From Vicugna vicugna (lineage: Eukaryota): 64,000 bases of DNA. Position 1 is the stretch's first letter, and each line of letters begins with the position of its first letter. The position numbers were made by a program, and so were the translations under genes. The stretch spans positions 186,001 to 250,000 of the forward strand of contig MU058444.1 of NCBI GenBank assembly GCA_013265495.1. Direction: 5' to 3'. Of this stretch, positions 13,138-24,535 are shown one piece after another. Below the pieces are notes generated by a model. It made no database searches. It had not been told where the DNA came from and was given only the letters and a program-made list of their open reading frames with translations.

Positions 13138-14150
13138 GGGCCAGCTTCATAGCTTTGCAACCTGTACAGCGGTTCAGGGCCCGGCTCTCAGCAGGCAGGT
13201 GCTTGGGGTTTAATGCTCTGCAGCTGTTGCCTTACAAATCTTAACCACTTGGTCTCTGAATGTCTGTTTGGTGAATGAAGTCTAACGGGACGGTGGAGTG
13301 GGCTCCGCGGGCCCTCGCCTGGGTTCACCGTGGGTCCACCTGCAGCCCCTCGCTCTCTCTTTGCTCCCTGGGAACCCCAGCGCTCCGGCGGCCTGGCCTT
13401 TCCCTCGCTGCCCAGCATCCGGGGCGCAGGTCCAGGGTCAGACACATGCGCCCTGTGCCATCCGGGGCGGTGGGGTGGAGGGTAGCGTGGTGGCTGCTGT
13501 CCCTGTCTGGGGCCTGGGGCCCTTGTGCAGCCAGTGGGTGGCCAGCGGGGGGCGCTCTCAGTGCCGCAAGCTTCCCGCTCACCCCCAAGCAGGAGGAGCT
13601 GCTGACATGGACTTAAGATCCTGGAGAGACTGTGTACGGCTGGGGTTGGGGCTGCAAGCGGGTGGGAATGGGGCAACGCCTGGTTTGATCGACACAGGCC
13701 GCACCCTGACGTGGGCAGCACATTGGGAACCCGACGGCCCTTAGATGGGAGCCAGTACACCCCGCGTCTCACCCCCTCCAGCATCCCTGCGCCAGGCAGC
13801 ACCCCAAGAACTCCGGGAGCCTCTCTTCCTTCTCCCAACCTTCCCGAACCTGGTAGCGCTGGTCTCTGCTGGCCAGCTGAGGCATCCCCCGGCATGAGCC
13901 ACGGAATTCAAGTTGCGTCATTTCGATGATTCTGCATATGAGTTACAAACTCTGATATTTGCATTTAAAACTGGCATTGCACAAGGTAAAGATGGGGGGT
14001 AGAGTTCATCCACATAATGCAGAATTTAATTTTTCTTTACTGAGAAAAGCATTAAATAGCAAATAAAAAATACCGTAAGTTGTTAGGGGTTTGGGGTGGG
14101 AGTGGGGGCTGTGGAAGAAGGGGAAACACTGGTACTTTTTGGTGCTTTTC
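13138..14150 (+). mobile_element. MER45B/C-like non-autonomous hAT-Tip100 DNA transposon
   Basis: The start GGGCCAGCTTCATAG...CAACCTGTACAG...GGTTTAATGCTCTGC and the distal GCATTTAAAACTGGCATTGCACAA...CATTAAATAGCAAATAAAAAATACC match the recalled MER45 consensus; the interior is GC-rich. Confidence 0.75.
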
Positions 14151-14979
14151 CTTTCAATAAAGGGTAAAATTAGAAAAAAGAAATCTGGATAATACCGGCA
14201 TGGGTGAGAGCTCAGAAACCAGGACTCTCCTAGCACGCTGGGGCCACCTCTCTGGAGGATAGCTTAGTAAAGTGTATTATAAGCCCCCCCACCCCTTAAC
14301 GTTCTTTGACACGACAATTCTATTGCGAACTTACAGTAAAGAAATAATCAGACGAGGGCACTGGGGTGGGGTTATTAGGACTTTGCCTAAAAGAGGACTT
14401 CACAGATGGGAGCTGGTTACATCTCCTGGGCATTCCAGAAGGATTCCTCTTCATTTTTCGAGTATGCAAATCAACTTACTCATCTGAATAGATTTTTTCT
14501 TTTTTGCCTCTGTTTTCTACCTTAACTGAGTAAAAATAAAAATAAAGAATAAAACATTGCTAGTTTAGTCAATATCTTATTTAATTCTGAATATGATAGG
14601 TCCATTTGTTAAGAATGTACAGCTTATGTATGCGTGTGTATAAAGAATCCAAACCATATGTCTTGGTGAATCTTGCTGTTTGAGGTGCTGAGTCTCATAT
14701 CACTGCCTGTCCATGGCAACTGGTTTAAGTGTGTGATTTTGCAACAGGGCAGCCTGGACGCTGCGTTGCTTATGCCTGCAAGCGAGAGGGGTCAGTTTTC
14801 CTGCCTCGTATAATGTGGTGCTCCCGGCCGATGGATTGTACGCCTTCAGGTCTACAAATACGGCTTTTAAAAATGATTTAAGTGTGCTGCCATGCATTTT
14901 GGAATGTCATCAAGAGCTAGGCTACCAACTATTGCCCTTCAGCACTGAAGTTCTCAACAGGGCACTAGAAAACTGTAAA

Positions 14980-15185
14980 TAAGCCAGAACTCAACTCTAG
15001 GATCCAAGAACACGGATTCTGCTGCTTCCAATGTTTTACCTAATCAGGAAACAAGAGATTAATTTCTCTGAGACACTTTCCTTATCTGCGATCGAGGCTA
15101 ATAATAGATAATTGTCCCATCAGATAATTTATGGGGATTAAATGAGCTCATCTGGATAAAGAACCATGTCTAGCTCACCATAAAC
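14980..15185 (+). mobile_element. MIR SINE remnant
   Basis: ATTAATTTCTCTGAGACACTTTCCTTATCTG...GGGATTAAATGAGCTCATCTGGATAAAG. Confidence 0.65.
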
Positions 15186-15699
15186 CCCAAGCCATATCAC
15201 CTCCTCGGGTCCACGGCAGGGAGATGCCACGAGAGGTGAAATTCCCCAATTCAAAGAAGTTTCGAATCCACTGGAAGAAAAAAGCTGTTATTGAAGAAAA
15301 GGGAGACATAGCTAAGCGTAGCCTTCAAATTCCTGCTTCGAGAAACCCAATCTCTTTGTCTTGAGCCAAAAAGTGACAGAAGCAGAATTAGCTTCCAGGC
15401 CCGAGAGGGAGGAGGCAGGAGTGGGAGGTGTAGGGGGGCGGGGAGGAAGACGTGATCAGAACTGACATTGTTGTCCCAGTGGGGAGGCCGTGGTGAAAAG
15501 TTTGTGGAGGCAAATTGAATGGCAGCAGACTTTGGACATGAAAAATGAGTGAAGAACTCATCTCTAGCTAGCCACAGCCTACCAGCCTTTCCAGTAAGCG
15601 CAAACCTCCAAAATCCTAACGCATCTTCTTTTGTATTAGGGGGCACATGTCTTTTCCCTGTGGTTGCGTGACATCTTTCAAAGAGACAGCTTGTAGAGT

Positions 15700-15890
15700 T
15701 TCAGTGCACAGATCCAGAAATCAGAAATACCTGATACGTATCCTGCCTTTGCCACTGTCTTAGCTGTGTGACCTTAGGCATATTAATCACCCTCTCTGTG
15801 CCACAGATGATATTAATTACAGCTACTTCATTGAGTTGCTTTGAGAATTGAGATAATCTACATAGTGTTTCAGCACTGACTAGCATTTAT
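15700..15890 (+). mobile_element. MIR SINE remnant
   Basis: TGCCACTGTCTTAGCTGTGTGACCTTAGGCATATTAATCACCCTCTCTGTGCC...TGAGAATTGAGATAAT. Confidence 0.75.
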
Positions 15891-15908
15891 CAAAATGCTA
15901 ACTACTGA

Positions 15909-15998
15909 GGAAGGTGGGTATAGCTCAGTGGTAGAGTGAGTGCTTGGCGTGCACGAGGTCCTGGATTCTATCCCCAGGACTTTCTTAAAAATGTTTTT
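15909..15998 (+). mobile_element. tRNA-Ala-derived SINE (vic-1-like)
   Basis: GGGTATAGCTCAGTGGTAGAGTGAGTGCTTGGCGTGCACGAGGTCCTGGATTCTATCCCCAG. Confidence 0.85.
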
Positions 15999-16834
15999 TA
16001 ATGCTATTATTATATGTTTTATCCTTTTATCTTTACAAAACAGAAATGATTTTACAGACAGAAGACAAACTTACGGTTACCAAAGGGGAACCGTATCTAT
16101 TTTGTACCTTTGCCCTCGTTATTTTTAACAGATGCTCAGTGCCCTTCTGGGTTCTCTCTTTTCCTTATGAAACCTGGGCCCCAGCCTGTCCTTTTACAGT
16201 AACGTCCTCCAGCACTCTGGGTCCTCTGCCATCAGGCCCCCCAGGCTGGTTGCCGAAGTGGTGTGGGTACCACCAGAACTCAACTCCAGGTTGTCAGTGG
16301 GACGTCAGCATCTCTGCAGGACATCAAAGCTGATTCTATTTCGGAACACTAGCTTTGGAGTCCGATGGACCCGGGTTCAAGTCCTGACTTTGGTATCTGA
16401 GAGTCCACACGGCCTCAGACAACAGCGTCCACCATGCCTCAGTCTGCTCACCTGTCAAGCGGGGCCGCAATATTGGCTGCGATGGACCTCGGGGTCCGTG
16501 TGTTCAGCCAGCCATCACTCTGCCCAATCTCCCCTACTCTGCTCTGTGCCCCGAGGCATCACTGAGCCCCCTGTCCTCTGGCTCCACGTGGGAAGCACCG
16601 AGAGGTCGGCTTGCCCATCCCCATCCCTGGAGAGCACACATTGGTTGAGACCTCTGCAAACACAGCTCTGATGTCTGCAGTGATGGCCTGTGATTCTGCT
16701 TCGTTCCGGACCTGACCGGCGTCTAGCTTTTATCTCCTCTTATTCTTGACGTCCCCGCGGGCTGCTGAGTCCAGACGACCCGCTCACCACTTCCCCAGCG
16801 AGTCCAGGTGCTTTCTTTTCTTTTTTTTTCTGTC

Positions 16835-17415
16835 TTTTTTTTTTAATTGAAGTAGAGTTGATTTACAATGTTGTGTTAGTTCCTGGTGCACAGCAGAGTG
16901 ATTCAGTTATGCATCTATTTATATATTCTTTTCCATTATAGGTTATTACAAGATATTGAATGTAGTTCCCTGTGCTGTACAGTAGGGCCTTGTGTATCTA
17001 TTTTATATATAGTAGTTTGCATCTGTTAATCTCAAACTCCTAATTTATCCTTCCCAACTTCCACTTTGGTAACCATAAGTTTGTTTTCTGTGTCTATGAG
17101 TCTATTTCTGTTTTGTAAATAAGTTCTCTGTATCATTTTTTTTCAGTGATATCATAGGATATTTGTCTTTCTCTGTCTAGCTTACTTCACTTAGTATGAT
17201 CATCTCTAGGTCCATCCATGTTGCTGCAAATGGCATTGTTTTATTCTTTTTTATAGCTGAGTAGTATTCCATTGTAGAAATATACCACAACATCTTTATC
17301 CGTACACCTGTCGATGGAGACTTAGGTTGTTTCCATGTCTTGGCTGTTGTAAATAGTGCTGCTATGAATGCTGGGGTGCATGTATATTTTCGAATCAGAG
17401 CTTTGTCTTTTCCAG
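16835..17415 (-). mobile_element. L1 3' end (ORF2 end + 3'UTR), antisense
   Basis: Poly-T followed by AATTGAAGTAGAGTTGATTTACAATG...TCCATCCATGTTGCTGCAAATGGCA...GGGGTGCATGTATATTTTCGAATCAGAG. Confidence 0.92.
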
Positions 17416-18677
17416 GATTCCCACCTATGTGCCTTGGCCTCTGCCAGGTTCCGAGGGGACAGCACTAAGTCCTACCCTTGCTGGAGGCCTGGCTCCAATG
17501 CCCTCGAGGCCTTCCCACTCTCCTCCCAAATGCAGGAACGGTCTCCCGTGAGAGCCCCCGTAACCCTGCATGTGCACCTTTCTTCTGGCACTTCGTCACT
17601 TACTGCCTCTATTCTGTCCCTTTTGGTCCTGGAAGTTCTGCAGGGACATGTCTGTACTTGACCCCTCTGGTGCCCCCACAATTACCTGCCCACCGAGGCT
17701 GCACTGTGAACAGGTCTTGAATGACACATGCAGGGTTTGCCAGTGGCTGAAGCCCACACTCTGGCCTCCATACAAACTCATAGATTTGCCTTTACCAAGG
17801 GCTTCTTTGGGGTGACTGTCCGCTATCGGGGTAAGGACCATGCTTCTGTAAAGCACTGCTCGGGTTTGGGAAAGCAGTGAAGAGTAAATTCATCTCTGAT
17901 CTCGCCTTTGATCATGGCTACTTATAGTTCATGACAAAATCCTGTCCAAAAAGGCTCGCTGGGGGTAGCACTGCGTGGAAGGTGATACTCCAGAACAGAT
18001 GGCAGGCCCTGGGGAGGGGAAGGTTAGAAGGGAGAGGACGAGGAGAAGTTCACACTCCGCCTGCCCACCAGGAAAACGAGAACACCTCCTCCATGCTGGC
18101 GTCTCTGATTCCCCGCTCACACGAGGACGCTCATGACGGACTGTTCATGGCTTACTCACAGATTCAACCAACATGTGTGAACTTGCCCTAGGCGTCCTGG
18201 CCCTGCCCCATGCTTTGGGGGCTCCCCAGGACTAGAGGCATGGTCTCTGCCCCGAATTCATCACTCGAGTTTCCATGGGAAGCAAGATCTAAGCAGTACC
18301 ATCTGCAGCGAGGAGCCACAGGGGCGGGGGTACTGATACGGCAATTTTCTGCCCCAGAGCTACTCATGAGTTGAAAGTATTTTAATATAATTTGAGGTCA
18401 CATAATGTGAGCCAGGTTCTCCATGCCGAGTGACTGCCTGGGAAGAAATAAGGTTCCTTTAAGGCAGCCCGGGGTATAGCCTGCCACGGATATTGAGTTT
18501 ACCCCTCGGGAACCACGCTCCCTGAGGAGGCTCCCTGCCTTTCGGACTCCAGACCCGCCCTTTATTGTCCCTCATCTCAGGTGCTGAGACCAACACTGCT
18601 GGTCGCCGCCCTTGAGGGAGGTGGGCAGACGGGCTTCGGGTCCTGGGGGCGGATGGAGACTGGGGGGCAGGTGGGTG

Positions 18678-18695
18678 ACCCAGCAGGGGGAGCCC
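18678..18695 (+). promoter_or_regulatory. CTCF-like motif
   Basis: CCCAGCAGGGGGAGCCC has one deviation from CCASYAGRKGGCRS. Confidence 0.3.
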
Positions 18696-19108
18696 GGGGC
18701 CACCTTTCCCCTGAGCGTCCAGTGAACTGGTATTGTTATGGATTTATTTACAGACTTGGAAGTGAAGAAATGAAATTCACCTCTTAATGTCACTTAGTCT
18801 GCCGGTAACTGCTTCATTCTCACTCTTCGTGTCTGTTTTCCCTGCAGCCCATCTCTCAGGATATCGGGGAAGATGAGCTCCCATCAGTTAAAGTGCTTGG
18901 TAGACCGAGGGCACAGAGCAGCGTGGGTGTTACACACAAAATCATCACTTGCTGCACTGCCTCTCAGCCTGTTCACTCCCTGAGAGCAGAAAATATATTC
19001 AGATCCTCCTTGGTTACAACCTAGCACGTGGCATAAGTAAATACCTCACTTCTATTACGTCGTTAATACTATCTGATGGTGGATCCTTAAAAATTAATTT
19101 TTAACTTT

Positions 19109-19250
19109 GGGGAGGGTATAGCTCAGTGGTAGAGCATGTGCTTAGCATGCACGAGGTCCTGGGTTCAATCCCCAGTCCCTCCATGAAAAAGAACTAAATT
19201 TTAAAAACCTAATTACTGCCCCCCAAAATTCCCCAAAATAAATAATTTTT
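19109..19250 (+). mobile_element. Full-length tRNA-Ala(AGC)-derived SINE (vic-1-like) with TSD
   Basis: Head GGGGAGGGTATAGCTCAGTGGTAGAGCATGTGCTTAGCATGCACGAGGTCCTGGGTTCAATCCCCAGTCCCTCCA plus an AAACCTAATTAC tail; flanked by AAATTAATTTTTAACT / AAAGTAATTTTTAATT. Confidence 0.9.
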
Positions 19251-19298
19251 TAAAGTAATTTTTAATTAACTACTACAAATTAGTCCTCTTCCTTTCTT

Positions 19299-19400
19299 GT
19301 ATTTTTATTTGTTCTTTTTTTTTAAAATGAATCCTGTTTTATTTATTTATTTTTAAATTGAAATATGGTCAGTTTACAATGTCGTGTTAGTTTCTGGTGT
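19299..19400 (-). mobile_element. Very short L1 3' terminus with TSD
   Basis: ATTGAAATATGGTCAGTTTACAATGTCGTGTTAGTTTCTGGTGT; TSD TCCTCTTCCTTT(C/T)TT at 19284 and 19401. Confidence 0.8.
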
Positions 19401-19847
19401 TCCTCTTCCTTTTTTATACCCACGTGTTTATTGTAAATATCCCTCCATTCAGCGCCTGCTGGTCCAGGAGGGGGACCCTCCACCTCTCGGCCAGCTGGGC
19501 TCCCCTGCTCAGAGCTGCATTCGGAGCGGCTCAGGGACAGCCTTGGTGAGCCTGCTCTTGTGTAAGGTTGTTGTTTTTTTTTAGGTCACAGATGAACGGA
19601 CATCAGCTCTTGCAGCTGCTGTCACGGCTCTGTCCAAAGGAAAGCCGTGCTAAAGATAGACTCAAAGGAGACAAATGGTCAGCCTGAGAGACTATTTTGA
19701 GGTGCAGGAGGTTGGAGGATCCAAAACTGAAAGAATGTCATCAAGTAGCTTGAGAAGCGTGCAGACGTCAGAGAAGTTTGGGGCTGTGATTTTTACAAAA
19801 AGGCTCAATTGGCCGAGTTCATGGCTCTGTGCTTCCTGTAAGGTTAA

Positions 19848-20817
19848 ACATACAGCTCAATACCAACCCAGCAAACAGCCCAATCCAAAAATGGGCAGAA
19901 GACGCAAACAACCTTTCTCCAATGAAGACCTACAAATGGCCAATAGGCACATGAAAAAAATGCTCAGTATTGCTAATTATCAGAGAAATGCAAATCAAAA
20001 GTACAATGAGGTGTCACCTCACACCAGTCAGAACGGCCATCATTCAAAAGTCCACAAATGACAAATGCTGGAGAGGGTGTGGAGAAAAGGGAACCCTCCT
20101 ACTCTGCTGGTGGGAATGCAGTTTGGTGCAGCCGTTATGGAAGACGGTATGAGGATTCCTTAAGAAACTGAAAATAGACTTACCGTATGATCCAGCAATC
20201 CCACTCCTGGGTATATATCCGGAGGAAATTCTAGTTCGAAAAGATACATGTACCCCATTGTTCACAGCAGCACTATTTACAATAGTCAAGATACAGAAAC
20301 AACCTAAATGTCCCTTGACAGATGACTGGATAAAGAAGATATGATATATATACACAGTGGAATATTACTCAGCTATAAAAAAGAATAAAATAACTGCATT
20401 TGCAGCAACATGGATGGACCTGGAGATTGTCGTACTAAGTGAAGTAAGCCAGAAAGAGAAAAAAAATCCCATATGATATCACTTATATGTGGAATGGAAA
20501 AAAAAGACGCAGATGAACTTACTTACAAAACAGAAACAGACTCACAGAAATGAAAATAAGCTTATGGTTATGGGGTAGTGGAGGGGACGGAGGTGGAGGG
20601 ATAAATTGGGAGTTCAAGATTTGCAGATACTAACTATTGTATATAAAATAGATAAACAAGGTCCTACTGTACAGCACAGGGAACCATAGTCAATACCTCT
20701 TAATAGCCTATAATGAAAAAGAATATGAAAAAGAATATATGTGTAACTGAATAACGATGCTGTACACCAGAAATTAACATAGCACTGTAAACTGACTAGA
20801 CTTCAATTAAAAAAAAA
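19848..20817 (+). mobile_element. 5'-truncated young L1 (ORF2 C-terminal region + 3'UTR + polyA)
   Basis: Translates to [48 protein letters not shown] (L1 ORF2 Cys-rich end); A-tail; imperfect TSD AAGGTTAAACATA / AAGATTAAATATA. Confidence 0.95.
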
Positions 20818-21769
20818 GATTAAATATATGAAATTGTCAATATGAGATCCAACCTAATGTTTAGAGTTTTGCACGATGCTCCCTACGTACAGCAAAGTCC
20901 TCAGCATCTTAGGGACACAATTTCAAGTTTTCAGCGTAAACTTCAGGCCCTTAAAGCGGCGTCCGGGACCGGCACGTGTTCTCTTTTGAGAACACGTAGC
21001 TCCTTGGCCCGTGGGACTCCTGGGATCAGCAGGAGATAAACAGAACTCCAGGAGGACTCCAGCCGCGGGCTCGCCGCCTACAGCCCCGCCCGCGTGGGCT
21101 TCCTCTGGACCCGCCGGGTTGCGCGCACACACCCTCCGTGCGTCTCCGCCAGCAGCGGATGAGTGTGGGGCCCTCGTTCTGCAGACACCACACCCCGTGC
21201 CCACCCTGCTCCGTCAGGCCACTTCCATCCTTTCTTCAGGTAAAGCCGTCTGCTGGCCGTAGTAGTTCTCACTTGTTTGGCATTCAGTGTGTGGTTCTGT
21301 TACTATTTTTATAGGAATTTGCGCTGTGTTTATGTCCAGGTTAGAGTTGCGTGGATTGAGTTGCTCGCCTCTCTTTTCTTTCCCTCCGTCAGCCATGCTG
21401 CTTTTTATATATGATATTACAGAATCTGACGGGTTTAATTTTAGGATTATATACATAGATCAAGTATGGCTGAAAATACCAGACCAAAATTAGAGCGTCG
21501 AGCATGAAGGACTGTGGGCCGGGGGGCTGAGGGTGGGATGGCAGACCTCAGGGGAGGGAGTGGGGGAGCTGAATCTGAGCCCCTTAATGTGCAGCCAGGA
21601 CACCTGAAGAGGTCACGGTCTCCGTGAAAAGGGAAGAATCTGCTTTGCAGTAAAAGGTACCACCAAACAAAACTGTTGATGGAAAAAAACAATCACAATT
21701 TCTTCTTTAAGGATCTGTAGTCAAAGGCCTGCTCTTTCATGATCTGGGACACCCAAACCTAGAAACGGA

Positions 21770-21881
21770 AGTGACCTCAGGGAAGTGGCAGCCCTGGTAC
21801 ATGCACAGTCTCTCTGCGGAGAAGCATCCTCAGTCCAAGTCCCACAGGGTTGCAAAATCTGAGCTCATCATAGGAAGACTC
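21770..21881 (+). repeat. Left arm of perfect 112-bp inverted repeat
   Basis: AGTGACCTCAGGGAAGTGG...CATAGGAAGACTC is the exact reverse complement of 23659-23770 (checked base by base). Confidence 0.95.
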
Positions 21882-22146
21882 ATCAGACACCAGGAAACAA
21901 GACACCATGAGGAGACTCAGCGGTACTGCAAAGGGCCAGTATGAGACCCTCGTAAGGGTTCAGATTATCACGCATAGAACATCCAAGAATTACCCAGGAA
22001 ATACATTCTTATGGAGAGTTTACAGATTTTAGCATCATATTTTAAAATAACTATTTTCCAATTGAAAAGGTAAACTCCAAATACTGCACAGTGATAGCAG
22101 GTCGCCTGTGTGGGAGAGATGGCAGTTAAGGCATTTTAAGATCCCT

Positions 22147-22210
22147 CACTTTGCTGTATGCCTGAAACTAACACAACATTGTAAATCCACTAGACTTCGG
22201 TTAGAAAAAA
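22147..22210 (+). mobile_element. Tiny L1 3' terminus
   Basis: CACTTTGCTGTATGCCTGAAACTAACACAACATTGTAAATCCACTAGACTTC followed by an A-run. Confidence 0.8.
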
Positions 22211-22916
22211 GTGACTCATGAGCGCAATAAAAATAAATATTTTGTTGCATTCTCTTTCCTCTGTGTATTAGCTTTTATTTTAATACTACTTTCTTTGTGA
22301 AAACAGATTTTACCTACAAACCCTTTCAGGTGTTGAAGGTTCAAGTAAATTTGTATAGAAGTTTTAATCCATTCCTGGTGCTCACAAGAGGAAAAGGAGG
22401 TTGTCCATACTGGAATTTTTGTGTCTTTCCTGAAATGTCATCAGCGTGTAATTGAGTAGCCACTGCCCCCACCACCACATCACCACTTCACGTTAGAATA
22501 ATCAAGAGAATTTTCGGAAATTAAATTGGAACGGGGCGGCGGGGGAGGTAGGACTGTGTTTTTCAGAAGTTCCCCAAGTGAGCTGAAGGGGGCGGTGGTC
22601 CGGATGAGAACACTGTGAGCACTTAGCACTCCTGCACCTTGGGCAGATCAGGTGGACGTTTTGGAGAAGTGGGGACGTGTTCTAACACGACCCCTTTGGA
22701 GAAACCGTTCCTACAAGCCAGCCATCAGCCCTGTCACCCCTTGGGGACCCCCCCCAACCCAGCCCGGCTGTAGGCTCCCCGTGAGGCCGGCACACACTCC
22801 AGGGATGATGTTCAAACGTCTCATTTCAGGCCAGTGTGGTTATGTTGTTTACTTCCTAGATGGTTTTTAATCCCAAACCTGAAATCTAGAAAAACTTACG
22901 ATTAAGAAAAACAACT

Positions 22917-22938
22917 TTGTGTGTGTGTGTGTGTGTGT
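22917..22938. repeat. (TG)n microsatellite
   Basis: Directly visible. Confidence 0.9.
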
Positions 22939-23064
22939 AGGGGTGGGGGGAAAGTTTGGTCCTAACTATTGGCTTTTTCTTTTATTTTGCATTTGCGTTC
23001 TGGCTTTCTGTCATATATTCTGTTACCCTGAAAGCACGTTTGTCAAAAAGTCATCTCTGTGCCT

Positions 23065-23625
23065 GCCTCGTCTTTCTCCCTCACCCGCTGATTTCTCGTC
23101 GTGTCTTCGAGCCTCAGCGCTCGGAGGCGCGGGGTCTGCGCGGAAGCACTGCCGGCTCGCCCTCCGCCAGTCCGACTTCCGTCCCCCTCCCCCGAGCTCA
23201 CACTGCGTCTGGAACCGTGGAGGCCCCTGATCAGCTCACGCGTCTGCGTCGCCGCCTAGACCGTAGTGCACCTGCGACGGGAAACCGCTCAGAGATGCTC
23301 GCGTCCGGGGCCCTGCACAGTCGTGGCCCAGGGGAAGGGCTGAAAAATTGTAATGCCTGAAAGTGATCGAAGGCAAGAATCGAATCTTCCAGCGAAATAC
23401 TAAACTTCAAAGCAAACCCAGGGAGTGCTTGCCTGGCCACCCCTCCGTCCCCGCCCGCCTTCAGCCGACTCCCTGGGACTCTGGGATGGAGAGAGTCCCA
23501 GGTGTGAGGTCGGCCCCGCGCTCGGCTCTGGTTCATCGCGTCTCTTTCCACGTCGGCTCGGGAGACGGCGCTTGACACGGAAGCGGTCTGCGGCGCCCTC
23601 TCGTGGTGGCCGCGTCGCAGGGCAC
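23065..23625. promoter_or_regulatory. CpG island with ETS (CGGAAG) and CTCF-like motifs
   Basis: Hand count of roughly 55-60 CpGs in about 560 bp; CGGAAG at 23141 and 23578, ACTTCCG at 23175; minus-strand CCACGAGAGGGCGCC at 23592-23606. Confidence 0.75.
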
Positions 23626-23658
23626 CCCAAAGAGCATCTTCAGAATTCGGAAGTCTGG

Positions 23659-23770
23659 GAGTCTTCCTATGATGAGCTCAGATTTTGCAACCCTGTGGGA
23701 CTTGGACTGAGGATGCTTCTCCGCAGAGAGACTGTGCATGTACCAGGGCTGCCACTTCCCTGAGGTCACT
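23659..23770 (-). repeat. Right arm of perfect 112-bp inverted repeat
   Basis: Exact reverse complement of 21770-21881. Confidence 0.95.
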
Positions 23771-24439
23771 CCCGTTACTCTGTGAAAGCGCTCCGCATGG
23801 TGTTGGAATGCCAGCCTGTGTAACCAGCCGCCTGTGTGCGACATGTCCGGTTGTTCTCTCAGCCTTTTTTAATTTTCTATTTTCTATAAGAGGTGAGGGA
23901 TCCTTTGGTCAAGGGTGTGTAGGCATACACAGCAGGACCTCCCTGGAGAGGAGTTGGTGTTTAAGAACGGTCCTCACCACTCTAAATGTTGGGGGTCCAG
24001 CAGCATCCCATAGGTCGCTTCAGATCCGTATCCCAGATCTTTTCCCATATGGGACAGGGGCCCCTGTGCAGCTCTGGCTTGGCAAGGCTCCCTTAGGCTA
24101 AATATTCAAATAAAATTCTATAATAATAGTTCAACATAGCCTAGTATAACTGACCCGCTATGAGCCCTGAGGTGTTTCATCCAGCCTCATTGAGTTACAG
24201 AAAGTTACTTTTGTTTCTGAGTTTTGTTGCTGTTGATGGTGGTGATGATGTGATGATTTTTTGTTTGTTTGTTTGTTTGTTGAATTGTTTAATTTAATGA
24301 TAACAACGGACACCTGTTGTGGGGAAGAAGTCTGGGAGATCCTTGAAGCCAGCAGCTTTATGGAACTGACCACACAAAATCTGTTGATGAAGGACTAGGA
24401 CATTCTGATTCCGATCTGACCTTTTTTTTTTACGATAAG

Positions 24440-24535
24440 GGCAGTGGATGGTGAGGGACAGTGTGGGAAACGACCCAGCACCTGCGAAGAGAGTGCCTGT
24501 GACCAGCGCTGTGTCCGACAGATGGCATTTGATCG
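24440..24535 (+). other. Candidate 96-nt exon
   Basis: CTGAC branch-like motif, T-tract and AG at 24438-39; donor CG|GTAAGT at 24535/6; length divisible by 3, two frames open, no recognised peptide. Confidence 0.2.

Noticed and set aside
13542..13555. CTCF-like CCAGCGGGGGGCGC
   Set aside because: Mismatch at the conserved A, and it lies within a GC-rich transposon
13188..13929. Cluster of long GC-rich ORFs (up to 235 aa) or CpG-island promoter
   Set aside because: Lies inside a MER45-like DNA transposon; low-complexity Pro/Gly/Arg translations in several frames are expected from GC content
19111..19183. tRNA-Ala(AGC) gene
   Set aside because: The acceptor stem has mismatches, a SINE tail and TSD are present, and several diverged copies occur in the window, so it is a SINE
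21770..23770. DNA transposon with 112-bp terminal inverted repeats
   Set aside because: No TSD at the outer ends, no transposase remnant, and the interior looks like ordinary genomic sequence with an L1 fragment and a microsatellite; kept as an unexplained inverted repeat
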